Under the pieces are notes generated by a model. It was not told the DNA's origin and ran no database searches. It was given only the letters and a program-made list of their open reading frames with translations. Of a stretch of 64,000 bases of DNA, positions 23,056 to 49,650 are shown in pieces. This DNA is from Phallusia mammillata (lineage: Eukaryota), in NCBI GenBank assembly GCA_965637545.1, contig OZ281500.1:8680001-8744000 (forward strand), in the 5' to 3' direction. Both the position numbers and the translations under genes were made by a program. How positions within the stretch are numbered: position 1 is the first letter of the stretch; each line of letters starts with the position of its first letter.

Positions 23056-25105
23056 CTTTATAACACTCAAATAAATATCCAAATAGAAAGAAAAAGTGTT
23101 GATTTTTCACCTCTTGCTAAAAACAATCAAACAAAAACAAACATTTTTTTCACTCAAAAGTAAATAGTCTATGAAATGAGTTGTGTTTAATAAAAACAGT
23201 AAGAGTGATTCTAAACAAATTTGGCACAATGTTTTCAACAAATTATATTCAACAAATTATATTCAACATTAAAATTTGCTTTCTGGAGTTTTTCTCCAAC
23301 AAAATATCAGAACTGTAAGAGAAAACTATGATTAAGGCATTCTAAATGAGTTGGTACAGATGTTTTTTCACCTGTAGATTTTTTTCTCAGACAGATTTTT
23401 TTCAACTTCTGCTGTTATGGTTCGCAAGTCTTTAACTCACTCTCTCCAATATTTAACTTTAAGTTTTACCAAATTTAGCATTAAAGACTAGGAAAACCTA
23501 AAAATTCATGGGGGGGGGGGATTCTTCTTCTACTTTAACATTTGTGGTATGAATTATGGGTACCCTAATGTTTTAACCAATTTAAGTAGAACAACAATTC
23601 TAATTCAATTTGTATTTTTTTCTGTTATACTCACACTTTAAGTGCTGTTTTCTGGTAAATTCTTATAGCTTGGGAAATTTATACGATCATCCTCTTGTCC
23701 ATTTTTAACAGAACCCAGCCCTAATCAACACACACACAGCAATTCAGTTGTAATGGCAAACCGCTACACCTAACCAAAGTCTATATAAAACTTTGCACCT
23801 AACTTACTTCACAGCTGTGGGTTCCTAACAACGCTCTTTGCCGCCAAATGTGGGCAAAGAAATAGTAAAATATTTTTAAGTAAAGGTTTGAGCATAGAAG
23901 TCTAATAACTTCTAAATGGTTTGAAAGATGGGGTGGGTAGCAGAATGTGCTGGAAAATTATTTTCCATTGGTAACTATATAAATAATACAAGAAACCATG
24001 GACAAAACCTGACTTTATCTGATTTCAAAAGGTTTCCTTTTTAGGCATCTCTATGAAGAGATCGCAGAACCATACGTCCTCTTTTTGGAAGATACGTTTT
24101 TCTTTGCTAGTAAAAGTAGTTTGTACTGTGGTCGTACTACAATGCCTAAAATGCCCTTTTGCTTTTTGAGTTCTTTATTTTACTTGATATCTACATGTAA
24201 TTGTTAACTTGTTATTCAACTCTTGTCAACAACATACCATTAGCTCAACGTTTCAGTATAGAATCTATAGATGAAGTTGAAATGTCGGAATTATAAATGA
24301 CTACTGCCAGAAGCCTTCGCTTTTTAGGGGTACCCTATCCCTGAGCAGAAATATAACAGTCACTTTCCAAGTTTAAGACAAGGGCCTCGTATACAACTTT
24401 AATCCGCTTCTGCTTCAGTTTTTTTTTTTTTAAATGGCCAAATGTCGTCGTGTGGCTTGTGAGATACATAAATTCATTCACTGTTATTTACCCTCACGAC
24501 CTGCATAGTACGTCGAAACGTCGGAATAAAACTACTTGCCACAAGAGCTCTATAAACTGGACATTTCTAAGTTCGTTAAATGTTTTAAAACGAATGATAA
24601 ATGTTTGAATAAAGGATATAAAAAGACGTAAGTTAATGAACAAGCAATAACCTTAACGTGTTTTGGCACGTGCTAAAATGCTTGAGAAACAGCTTTATCA
24701 ACTGTATTTGTGTTGTGCCCATGCAGTCATGGACAACACAATTGGAGTTAATTGTCAAATTAGCATATATTTCTTATGTTTGCTTTCCTTTTGCCTAAAA
24801 TTAACTGTTTTGAGAAGACACTTTTTCATAAACCATTCTTGACTACACAGAGCTGCTTGCCAATTAATAATTAATTGGAGAACAACCAAATGTCGTGAGC
24901 TGTGGCCCGTCTACCAAATGCTGTGCCTTTACCTCTTGTTTTAACCTCTTGATAAATATAAGCTCAAATGGTCTTGTACATAAAACTGATAACTCCAAAG
25001 TACATCAAAAACAGGTATAAAAGTTCGAAGTCGTAATCTCATGTAAAAAATGTATTTCAAAAATCGCGTACAAAAACAAAAGTGCTTAAAGCTGAAAAAA
25101 ATAAA

Positions 25106-26338
25106 CTACTCATCCTCTTCCATTCCAACAACATCGGGACCGTAGCTCGGAGTCCAATAATAAAAACGACGAATGCCATGTGACATTTCGGCTAAAATGG
25201 TACGACCGTCCACGACATACGGTCTCACGTCAGTGTTTTTCTGTTGCAGTCTGTTGGAGTCAATCAAGCCACCCATGGCGTCGCATGCTTTCTCGTCCAG
25301 GTCGTTACCCCACACATACAGATTGGCCAGTGATGAGTTGGTGTTCATGGACGAAGCGACGGCCACGATGCCTTGACCACCAATACAATTGCTGACCAGT
25401 ACCAAAGCCTTTAGGTTGTTGTTTGATGCAGCTAGGGCGGAGCTAATGTACTGGGCACCGTCGTTTTCTATGCGATTAAAGCCCAGGTCAAGAATTTCCA
25501 GTGGAGTGTTTCTCCGCAGTAGCTTGGCAATGTGTCCTGCGCCATCACGAGTGATTCGGTTGCAGCTGAGGTTCAAATAAGCCATCGAGTAGTTGTCGTA
25601 AAGGCCATCGCAGAGTCGCTCAACTCCAAAGTCACGCATGTCAAATTTGGCAAGATGTAACTCCCGCAGACTAGTATTCACCTTGATGGTTTTGCCGATG
25701 TGTACCACCGTTTCTTCTTCCAATGAAAAGAGGATTGGCCTGTTCATGTTCAGGGCACGAAGATGCTTGTTCTGGTTGAGAACAGTTGACAAAGCAATCA
25801 CACACTCTGTGCCCAAATCACAGTCTCCCAGATCTAGCTCCCTTAGCTTGTTGTTGATCTGCAGTGCTTGGGCAAAGTACATGCCACCGCGGTTTCCAAT
25901 CTTGTTACCGTTCATTTTAAGTGATCGGAGAGTTTTGGAAGTGTGTAAGGCTTCTGCAATGTACTCAGCACCTCTTTCAGTTATGTCATTGCACATAACA
26001 TTTAATTCTCTTAGCGAGGGGCTGTCTTTAATGAGCCTGCTAATATGCCTTGCCCCTTCATCAGTAAAGTTGTTGTATCGCAAATCAAGAGAAGTCAATG
26101 CAGTGCTGCGACTAAGAATGGTTACAACCGCTTCAATGTCAGAATCACCCAGTCGGCTATCTGTCATAAGCTTGTTGTTTCCCGCAAGGTCAAGTTTCAG
26201 CTCCTCAGTTGTTGAAATTAAAAATTCAGTAGCTGCCTTTGTTAATGCCTTGACAACATAGTTGTGTGGAGTGATATCTCTCTGCTGACAAAGCACAACA
26301 TACCTGTCTCTGGTCTCAGTTGCAGCTGAAGATGCCAT
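25106..26338 (-). CDS. LRRC34: Leucine-rich repeat-containing protein 34 (RI-like LRRs), single coding exon, ~410 aa from ATG 26338
   Basis: Uninterrupted ORF matching recalled LRRC34 motifs: LDLAGNNKL, GNKIGNRGGMYFAQALQIN, LDLGDCDLG, LNMNRPIL..EETVVHIG, LYVWGN, NTDVRPYVVDG, FYYWTPSYG. Confidence 0.95.
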   Translation of the reverse strand: MASSAATETRDRYVVLCQQRDITPHNYVVKALTKAATEFLISTTEELKLDLAGNNKLMTDSRLGDSDIEAVVTILSRSTALTSLDLRYNNFTDEGARHISRLIKDSPSLRELNVMCNDITERGAEYIAEALHTSKTLRSLKMNGNKIGNRGGMYFAQALQINNKLRELDLGDCDLGTECVIALSTVLNQNKHLRALNMNRPILFSLEEETVVHIGKTIKVNTSLRELHLAKFDMRDFGVERLCDGLYDNYSMAYLNLSCNRITRDGAGHIAKLLRRNTPLEILDLGFNRIENDGAQYISSALAASNNNLKALVLVSNCIGGQGIVAVASSMNTNSSLANLYVWGNDLDEKACDAMGGLIDSNRLQQKNTDVRPYVVDGRTILAEMSHGIRRFYYWTPSYGPDVVGMEEDE

Positions 26339-27406
26339 TACCCCCAAAATATCAGAAAATGTTTCAAATATTAGCTGTGGCGCAGTAAATGCCCTCCAAA
26401 CCAAAATCAGTGGTTGATGCTTACTGTGTTTACACTGTTGCTAGGCGTTGTCATGAAGTACGCCACTAGTGGCTGCAGATATTTAATTTCATTGGGGACC
26501 GTTGATAATCACATCACAGCACCGTCTTTGCTAAACAAACGTGGTAGACCACAAACATTAACATTGGTTTTCAAGATATCTAACGGGCACTGAATAATCG
26601 TTAAAGCCATTAACAAATTTAGTGTAATAAGTTTGTAGTTTATCCGCTTTCAATATGTGAGCTAAATTACTCAAAATTAAGAAATGTTTACAGGTATTTA
26701 CACCTGTATTTACAGGTAATTTTTAAACAGATTTTGACAGCAAACCTTTTCCATACACAAGGCTTTGTAACAACTCTTCCAATCCGCAAAACAGTGCTTA
26801 TTTTTTTATTTCAAGACACGTGGTGGAACACCAACAATACAACAGAAATCGTAGCGACGTTCGTCGGAAAATTGCACAAGTTTGCCAATCAGATTCACAA
26901 AGTTAAGCACATAGAAAAAACATGCACTTTGGTCAATAGCCACGACTTTACTCCAGTTTTGTAAAAATGCCTCATTTGACTATTTACTCTTGTCTAGTTT
27001 AAGACTTGTTGGTCATTTCGGTGCTAACACCTGTCCAGTGGGGCATGAGTTCAGAAATTTGCTGTACCAAATTTGTCGCCACGATAAACAAGAGGTAGGC
27101 AAAAGATCAATGGACCAATTTAGAAACATGCCAGAAATGTCAGCTAGTACTTCCAACTAATAATCGCTATTATATCACAATCGGACATTCCCACTGTGTA
27201 CAATAGGCAAGCACCCTTGGCTCATGGTAAAGTCAAGCGCAGATATATGAAAATGTCAGGTCAGAGAAAACAATCGTTGCGCTTTTTGGGAGCACTCAAA
27301 TACGTGGCAAAAATATGTATAAAATGTAAAACAAATTCAACACTCTGGCGTCGCACGATAAAACTAAAAGTAGGTAGAATAGGTGTGGAAATGACAGGAT
27401 TTAAAC

Positions 27407-37481
<10,075 letters not shown>

Positions 37482-38189
37482 ACTTAAAGTTGTTCATACA
37501 TCCAACACCATTTGAGATAATCCTGTGAATTGTCTGCTTGCTTCAAGTTCAAATGTAAATGAACTAAGACATTGTTACAAACAATCTGTAACTAACAGAA
37601 CAACATTTTGTAAGTTACACATATGTGTTCTGTATGTATAGTTGTGTTGCAAATTTTTAGCAGTAAAAGTAAAATAATACATTCAGTTAGACTAGCATGT
37701 GTCTTTAAAAAACCTTAATACATCGACCAATTACCAACACTACTGTATTATTTGATCACATACATCAGGTTGGTCTTTACCTACACGCTACACCTAGATT
37801 CGGGTGTACATCTGAGCAGTGTACACTCAGCACTGCACAGTACACACTAACAGTCTAACATTTGTACCAAAAAATCTATTAAATCACGTTCTTTGCTTTA
37901 TAACTTACAAGACAGCTGGCCTGGAAATAAAAGTATTAACTGTTTCCATGACATCAAACCAGAAAGTACGCAAAAATTGTAAAACAACTGATCAGGTCAC
38001 CTATCCCCAAAGCGTACCGCCGAACTGTCAGAAAACAAACGCTTCGGGCGAAAGAATTCAAGTAAAAAATTCCACAACGAAATGGTTTGCACGACATCGC
38101 CATCACGCGGACAGCAACAATGCCGTTTATTTGGTCACTGCAAGTTTGTGTTTTCAAAAGATTTTGGTTTCAAATAAAGGACAAAGAAA
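37482..38189. promoter_or_regulatory. Divergent (head-to-head) region between the WWC-like and FAM187A-like genes
   Basis: The two start codons are ~700 bp apart on opposite strands. Promoter function is inferred from position only. Confidence 0.4.
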
Positions 38190-41713
<3,524 letters not shown>

Positions 41714-42245
41714 AATCAACATTTGTGTTCAAAAAAGAGCAAAACACCTTTGAACACTTTTTTACTAATCTCATATTAGGGAGAGTCCCTACAAGACGAA
41801 TGAGAGACGCCGTTTTGGTTCCCTTTTTTACATAAAAGAACTAATTCCATTTTAATTGCGGAAGTATGGTCGCCAAATGTCAGTAGTAGGTGTTATTTCA
41901 AACACTTCTTATTTGTGTGTTATAACGGCAACATTGGTGGTGCAAAAATGTGAAACAAGTTGTATTCTTTTTGCAAACTAACATATTGAGGTGTTACTTT
42001 GGTTAGTTTTTGAACGTTACTGGTGTATTATTGTATGAATTTTATTGGAGCAGATATGAGGAATAAAACTGACAGACTTACTCCAATAAGGCATATTACC
42101 AACAATTCCATGCTTTTCTAAAATCGTAAAGACTATGGCAACATAGTGCACCTCAATTTGAAAAACTTTAAATAATATGTTCAACCAAGTAACCAGTGCT
42201 GTTGTATCAAGTTATATAGAGTCGGCTGCTACTATTGTAATAAAA

Positions 42246-42820
42246 ATGCCGCTGCCAGTTGCACAAGTCATGGAGGCCATCAGCACCATTGCCAGGGAGG
42301 AAAACATAAGAGTTTCTGTGACCCAGGCTCTTCGAGGTGGTGCATTGGCTGGTGGTGGGGCTGTGGTTGGTGCACTTTTGGGTGGACCAGCTGGAATGGC
42401 AATAGGTACAGTGATAAAAATTTAAATCTTACCTTAAACCATAATGACAATCAGACTTAAGATAAGTTGTATGGTGGTGTTTTGAGGCCAAACTTTTACC
42501 TAACCTTCTTATTTGTTTTTGAAGATATACAACTAATTTTTAAGTGTGTATGTTCTGCAGGTGGAACAGTGGGTTCCATTTTAGGTGCCACAACCTCCAA
42601 GGACTTCAAACCCCTAATAACTGTCCTGAAAGAGCTTCCAGCACACAAGCAACAAGAACTTGCTGACAAAATACAAAATGTTGTGGCCTCCTTCAACCCT
42701 CAAGATGCTTTAATGTTGGTGGCTTTGATCCAGGGAAGCGCAAGTGTACATCAAGAAGTTTTTGGGGCAGTTAGAGACTATTTTGATAAAAACTTGAGTG
42801 GAATGACTGTAGAGTGTTAA
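42246..42820 (+). CDS. C19orf12: C19orf12 homolog (glycine-zipper membrane protein), 2 coding exons (42246-42405, 42561-42820)
   Basis: The protein reads GGALAGGGAVVGALLGGPAGMAIG|GTVGSILGA..SKDFKPLITVLKELPAHKQQEL...DALMLVALIQGSASVHQE, matching recalled C19orf12. Confidence 0.92.
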
Positions 42821-43187
42821 CTGATCCAAACATATACCTGTTGATTTTTTTCAATATAATTGTCTTTGATGTATATACCCGATGTTTTACCTGACTTGGT
42901 CAGCATTGTAATAAATTGCACTAAAAGTAATGTACAGTATGACAATTTTTTTGTAAGGTTTAAAATAAAAACATGGTATGACCATATTCACACTGCTCTG
43001 ACAGGTGTTGACATCTTTTGTACCATTATTTCAAAAAAAGGTAGACTGGACTACTTTTCTGCACTCAAACATAGAAGGAATATGTGTAGCACAACATGTA
43101 GAGTTTATTAGAATAATAACACTAAAGCAAGCAGCACAAAAATAATTGACAAGGCTTCATACAATCGTAGCATGCAATGGTGTGTTT

Positions 43188-46100
43188 TTATGAAGAGGAA
43201 ATCCTTCCAACATTTACAAACACTGTTTGTTTCAACCAATCTGCTTCTGGCTCGCCCTGTTGCTTGTCACCTTTCAACAGTGCCACGATTGTTGTGTTCC
43301 CGTAATGCTCATGCTTGTACTTAAATGTCACCCAAACCTCATCCCCATGCTGTAGGTCCTTATCTGGAGTACACTGGAGATAAAATCCAATCCTGTTGCC
43401 CCGTCGGTAAGCAATTACCCTAAACAAAAGTTATGGTTGCTTATTAACGGAAGGAACTTTAAATGAGACATGGCAAAAAGGAATGCAATGAAATTAATCA
43501 TGGCAAACCAAGCCACCTTGTGTAGCCACAACATTGATTTTGCAACTGCTACTGTGATTAAAAAAGAAACTGATTACAAGAAAAGAGCTTTTAGAGTCAT
43601 GGAACATTTACTAAATGATAAAGAGAAAACTCATGTTCTAATGCCAATTTGATTTAAGTCACTTTCACAACTCTAAAGTACAGTTTTTTTATCAGCGTTT
43701 TATTACTGTTTCATGTCAGTTTCCTCCTGTTTTCACCCTGTGCAGTGTTATTAAAATGATTTCGATAGGTAGTGTATTAGCCTAAAGAAGATGCTCTGAA
43801 TCGCAAAATGAAATCAAAACATCAGATTAGTTGTTTATAATTGCCAGTTGAGCAAGAAGAAAACTTTGAAACATGTTATGCATGCTGTCAACATAGCACA
43901 CGTTGTAGGATTTAATATATTTACTCAGGGTCATCTTCAAATTGAGCTTGTCCACCTTCAGGAGCTATAAATTCAGCAGCTTCATCATACTTTGACAGCA
44001 CAAGGTCACTTGTTGGCAATTCTACCTGTATAAACAAAAGTAAGCTATTTTTTACTTCTTGGATAAAGTTGATTAAACATAGGCAGTAGCACTGATACCA
44101 AAGCATTTTGTAAAATGTGGGCAGTACATAGTCAACTTACATGATACATCAGATCAGGTTTGTGGGTGGAACACTTCATGTTTTTTAAATTTAAATTTAG
44201 ATAGGCTTTGGTACATAACAAACAGGAAACAGCACTATGACTATGATTAGTCATACAAACGCCTTAAAATGCTAGCTATGTGTTGTAAGTGATGCCAAAA
44301 TGCGAGACCCAAGCTATGGTTGAATGTGCCATGTAATTAACCCACAGTTAATCCAATAAAATAAAAAAGAGACAAATGAAACCAGGTTTAAAAACTGTCA
44401 CAGGAGCAGAAATGGACTGTAATTAACATTTGGGATTTGTTTGGATTGTCACATGTTGGTACCTCTAGCAATCTACACCAATGCTAACTATTTAAACAAG
44501 TTTTAAAAGTCCACAATAATAAAAATGATTTCTCATGTATTTTATCCACCTGGCAGTTACTTCTTTGGGTTTTTTCTTCCTCAATGTGTGGTAGCAATGT
44601 AACATGTAACACATGTTCAGTTGGGTTTACTAGAGTCAAGATTATTTTACAAGATTCACCAGGAACCAGTTTGGGAACTTTGTTAATCCGGATCTCAGGA
44701 ATTTGATTTCTGTCAAATTAACATGCTTTAATAAACAACTGTAAAATGTGTTGTACAAGACCAACTGTAAACATACTTACACAGCAACAAGATGAATTTT
44801 AAATTTAATAGAAGATGCATTGTATTCTGGCTTGATTATGTTGTGGTCACAGCCCTGATAAGAATTTTAGATTAAGTACGTTAATACAACACGTCTATTA
44901 TGTCAGTTTATATAACTAACCTTGCACCTTAGAGATTGCTTAATAAACATGCGCGTTTTTTGAGGCCAAAAATCATTTACACTTTCTGATTGATGTTCAG
45001 GATGACTGTGTCGTTGGGTAACAGAAGAAACTACAAAACAGCGTGTTATGCTGTAAAACATACCGACAAAATATGTGTGATAGAAAATTGACTGAATTTA
45101 ATGGTTTTAACATTTTTTTAATGGCATGAACATTGTTTATTTCTACAATTATGACAAGCAAGCTATACAAACTTCTGCAACAAAACAAGCAAATACTGAA
45201 AGTTATTACCAGGAATTCACTGTAAACTGTTTAAAAACATTTACCACAACAGGCATTTGAAAGCAAACAGTAAGGCTTCTGTGTCATGGAGATATTTACA
45301 TACAAACAAAAATTTGCATCGTAAATAGAATCAATGAAATCATCATGCTTGGTGTTTCCTCTGAGAAAGCAACCCTTAATATGCTGTTTTTTTAATTTTA
45401 ACTTTATAATGATAGAAGCTGATGGGTTGCACCTTTTGCAAAGTTTACTACTTTATGATATATATCTTCTGGCAGTGGTTCCAAATCCTCCAGGGCATAT
45501 GTTTTTGCAGGTTCAATGGTGACTTCTTTAAGTGAGGGGCTTTCGCCTAATTTTGATGATACTTGTGTGAGTGGAGAAGGCTTCTTGCCACCAATTCCAA
45601 GTCGTGCACCACCATACTTGTTCAGCTACAATACCACAATTCAGAAGCATATTTTTTTTGTTTTTTTTTTACAACTTACCTGCATGGCTACAGCAAAGTA
45701 ACCACGCTTTTTAGATGAGCGCTTTGTTTCCTGATCCAATTTTTCTTGTTGAGCTACATACTTGTAATACTCCAGCAGTTGATTGACCTGCAATTGAGAT
45801 GTTATGACAATGCACTTTTGTTCAAACATTGTAAACAGCTACACATTTTTTTAATTCTAAAATCACACTTATGATATTTTTTGTAGAGATTTGTAAATTT
45901 GTTTACCCTTTGCACATCTGGGTTTGCTTTTTCTGTCCATGCTCCATTTACTGAAAAAGTACAATATGATAGGCACAACAAAAATGTGGCAATTTTATTA
46001 CTGGTATCAAACTAACCAATGTCCTTATCGGGCATCCCAATTCCTCGCGTTGACCACCTGCAAAATGTACATGCCTGGTAATAAACCTTTTTTGCTGTGG

Positions 46101-46571
46101 ATTTTGTGGGATCATCTGTCACTTGAATTGCTGTGCTTGTTGCCCTGGTGGACAATGGGTGCAAACATGCTGGACACTGCCAGGAGTTTGCAGACCTAAA
46201 AAAGTTACAACATTATAAGTGCTGAATATGAAGAAATAGTTTAGTAATAAATGTACACACTTGTTCCTTTTCAATGGTGCTTCTGCAGGAGAAAGACTGT
46301 CCAATGTTTGCGGGCAAAAATGTGAATCTATCTGAAATTGATTCATATTTGAATGCATATTTACAATATTTGTAAGAATTGGGCTAGCAGACCAGACACC
46401 ATATCAATACCATGAAAACTACATAATCATAAATACCTCGTGTTGCAAAACATCTGCTGATCTCAGAGATAAACAATACATGCAAAAGTACAGGTTTGCC
46501 AGTGAGTCACACTCATCGGAATTCTCATCTATCAGGTATTTAACCTTGGATATTTGCAGTAAAGTTGCCAT
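43188..46571 (-). CDS. DCTN4: Dynactin subunit 4 (p62), 11 coding exons
   Basis: Motifs include MATLLQ..LANLYFCMYCLSLRS..QHE|IDSHFCP, QCPACLHPLSTRAT, YYQACTFCRWSTR, LLEYYKYVAQQEK, IKQSLRCK|GCDHNIIKPEYNASSIKFKI and FEDDPE|VIAYRRGNRIG..WLKQTV. All splice phases are consistent. Confidence 0.95.
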
Positions 46572-47417
46572 GACGAGTAGCTACTGTAAAAGTAAGATTT
46601 TGCTGTTGTCATTAATTTGCTTTGAAAACTTTGTCCAATAGTGTTACGGTGTTTTACGGCCTATTTGATTGTATCAAAATACTATGACACGTCTGTCCGT
46701 TCAACAGTTTAGGCCTCCACCTCCACCATGTCAAACCACATACAACATGTAAACTGCATTTGTTGCTCATTGCGTCCCTCTAGCGGTTTATCACTAACAT
46801 ACGTTCAACCACAAAAAAGAAAGTACCGTATAAAGAGTTCTTTGACAACAGTATGCTGTAAGTCCCAACGTTTTTGTAATCTGTGGTCGCGTGTAACTTT
46901 AAGGTTACGCATTTCAAGCTTGTACGATCCATAAAAAAACAGTTTCGATAAGATTGGGAAACATTGAAAGTTCACAAACAGGCTTGTGCCGATATTTTGC
47001 ACAATGTGCATGTTACAGCGAGAATTTTCTTGTATGCGCTTTCTTTCTCTGTTTCTAGTTCACCCCAGTGATCTGACTATATGTACTGTGACGTAACAAA
47101 CCGCCTGCCACGTATGGTATAGAAATCTCCAACGTAACAAATGCGTATGATGTCATTAGTGGTGCAATCTTGTGCTTACCACGTTTTACAGTTTCTTTCT
47201 GTTCTGGGAGAAGACTTTTAGTAGTCGCAGTTTGTGGTTGATCTAATTTAGTTTTTTTTAGATATTCATTTCTAACATTACCGTGTATTCTTGCAGCTAC
47301 AAATCATGAATGCTAAAGTTAACTTACAATGCTGAAACGTCCGCCAAAGTGTGTGTATTTTAACCTGGATTCCTAACAACTTGGTACGTACATTGATTGT
47401 GTGTAATTGTATTAGTT

Positions 47418-47735
47418 CAGGGATGGGCAACCTGCGTCCCGCGGGCCACATGCGGCCCATTGATTAAAGTTGTGCGGCCCGCAGAGACACTTGGATTTCA
47501 AATGTACTGGCAAACGAATCCAATGATTATATTTTTTGAGCAGATTAGTGTGCCCGGTGCTATTTTTCTGCGACCTGGCAATATGCTGCTAGAATCAAAT
47601 CCGACTTTTAATTGTAGTAAGGCATTTTTGGTATGGAACAAAGTAAAATCACCTTGTGTAATATAAAGGTGCGGCCTGCGATCTAATCATCGCAATTGTA
47701 TTTGGCCCCACAGTGACAAAGGTTGCCCACCCCTG
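47418..47735. mobile_element. hAT (Charlie-like) MITE, 318 bp
   Basis: TIRs cagggatgggcaacct / aggttgcccacccctg, with a perfect 8-bp TSD tattagtt at 47410-47417 and 47736-47743. Confidence 0.9.
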
Positions 47736-47777
47736 TATTAGTTCAATGTCGTGATAATGTTCGTGTTTGGGTTAAGA

Positions 47778-47843
47778 CAGCGGTTCCCAACCTGTGGGTC
47801 GCGACCCCAGTTGGGGTCGCGACCCACAGGTTGGGAACCGCTG
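47778..47843. mobile_element. 66-bp perfect palindrome made of two hAT-like termini
   Basis: cagcggttcccaacctgtgggtcgcgacccca-gt-tggggtcgcgacccacaggttgggaaccgctg has 32-bp perfect arms. No TSD was detected. Confidence 0.8.
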
Positions 47844-48654
47844 CCCTAGTGCGACAGTCGGTGCAGATCCAGGCTGCACAGATTATTAAATAAATTCCGG
47901 CAGCTACAGTGCACGTCAAAATGTGTGTATATTTTCCAAAAACGCAACAACTAACTAACATAGCCTACAGTCCACACAATTGGCGTTTTAAATAATTTTT
48001 TGTTAAATTCCCATGCAAGCTGTCCCCTTTTGTTAAACTCCCAAGCTGTGTTTTAACAAATACTTATGTAAATACAGCAACATTTAACATAACTAAAGAT
48101 TTAACTTGTCCAATGTTACTTTTTTTATTTTTACCAACATTCCCAGTATAACTATAAGCGTTAAACCGTCGAAGAAAATGAGGGAAGTGCCCCAATCACA
48201 ACTTATTAAAGTCATCACATGTTTACGGAACAAGGGCTTTGGGTAAAGTCTAATAATATTATGTCAACCCTGTTCATCATGCACGTCACTGGACATTGTG
48301 CAAAAACAATCGGATTCTCGTCTTTGTGTCAAAAATGTACAGATGTCGAAATGACGTGCACATTTAAGCTTGCACATAAAAACAAAAAACGCACGTACGC
48401 ACCCCCGTCTCGAATGTTCCTGAATAGACTACACAACCCGATTAGTTTTCGTGCAGTCTGAACTATGAAAATGTGTTTTCAGTAAGTTACGTATTGATCA
48501 GGGGTGTAGGCTATACGCCTCTGTTTGTTACCTAAAATGAAGAATACAAAATAGACCACTTCTTGTGACAGAAAATCCATTTGTCTGACTAATTTTTGCT
48601 TATACACTCGCAAGATCTGATATTACATAAGATTGTAGAAATACTTTTAAGCTC

Positions 48655-48805
48655 CTCTATCGCGGTCCCTCTGAAATTGCGTGGAGGACCCCAGTTAGAG
48701 AACCGCATATAGTGGCTCTGCTTGGACCGCGAGGGAGTGCGCAAAAAAATTGCGAAGGGACCGTTATGACAAAAAATTAAAAAAGTTTGGGGACCGCTGG
48801 TCTAA
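48655..48805. mobile_element. Degraded hAT-like MITE fragments
   Basis: ttgcgaaggga(c/ct)gttatgacaaaaaa..aagtttg(g)g(g)ac is similar to ~1635-1680, and cgcggt(c)cctctgaaattgc is similar (inverted) to ~10645-10668. Confidence 0.4.
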
Positions 48806-49650
48806 ACAAACGTGTGCAGGCAGGGGGGTGGTACAAATTAGATTATACTACATCAAGTAATTATGCACATAGGCTAAATCCTGGTCATAAATTATGTAAA
48901 ATATAGAAATGCGTTGCTATATCCTGAAACACTCTAGTCTACGATGTAAACAAAATCCCCAGGTAGTCACGTGCCCATCACAAGTACCATATTGTCTGTT
49001 TGAGCAACTAAACGACAGAGGCTATAAAAAAGAAAGGATTTTAACGCACATCCAGCTGTTGGTTTCAGACTTAACACAGCTGCTGTCACAGTTACGAATC
49101 GCCCTTTGATTTGACACATCTTAATTAACACTTGCACACTTAGCCTTTTACACCACTCAACCAGTTGGCAAATTATGTCAACCTCAGTAGACGTCGAGGT
49201 GAAACGAGTACGCCTAACACCCTCCCTTGAACCTACGATCGATCGACATTCCCAATACTACTGCTGTTACGGCGTGTTGCGTAACCGATTGCACCAGCGA
49301 GAGTCATTTAAAGGAGTGGTGCTACAGAATACAAATGCATTTCACTTGAGGCCGAAATGAAATATTTGGCCGAAACCAAGTTGACAAAATAAAACGCCGC
49401 GGAATAGTATCCGCGCCAGATGTTTTTATTCTTTATGATTTGGGTGTTTTTAGCTTGTCAAACAAACTTACATCACACATTTCAAACTCGTCAGTCTATC
49501 AAAAATTTCACTGAGTTGTCTAACATAACAAAACCACTCCGGGAGTTAGCAAAATCTTGTATGCACCCACAGTGACAACGTAAGTTTCTCATGGTCAACG
49601 CCATGGTGGTACATAATTTTGGCAACTTGATTGTTCGACAGTGTCACAGA

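Noticed and set aside
24020-24135. Phase-2 exon candidate that could continue WWC past a nested LRRC34
   Set aside because: It has no KIBRA similarity, and no in-frame next exon could be found.
25638-26261. 207-aa plus-strand ORF
   Set aside because: It is the antisense shadow of the LRRC34 coding sequence and has no independent features.
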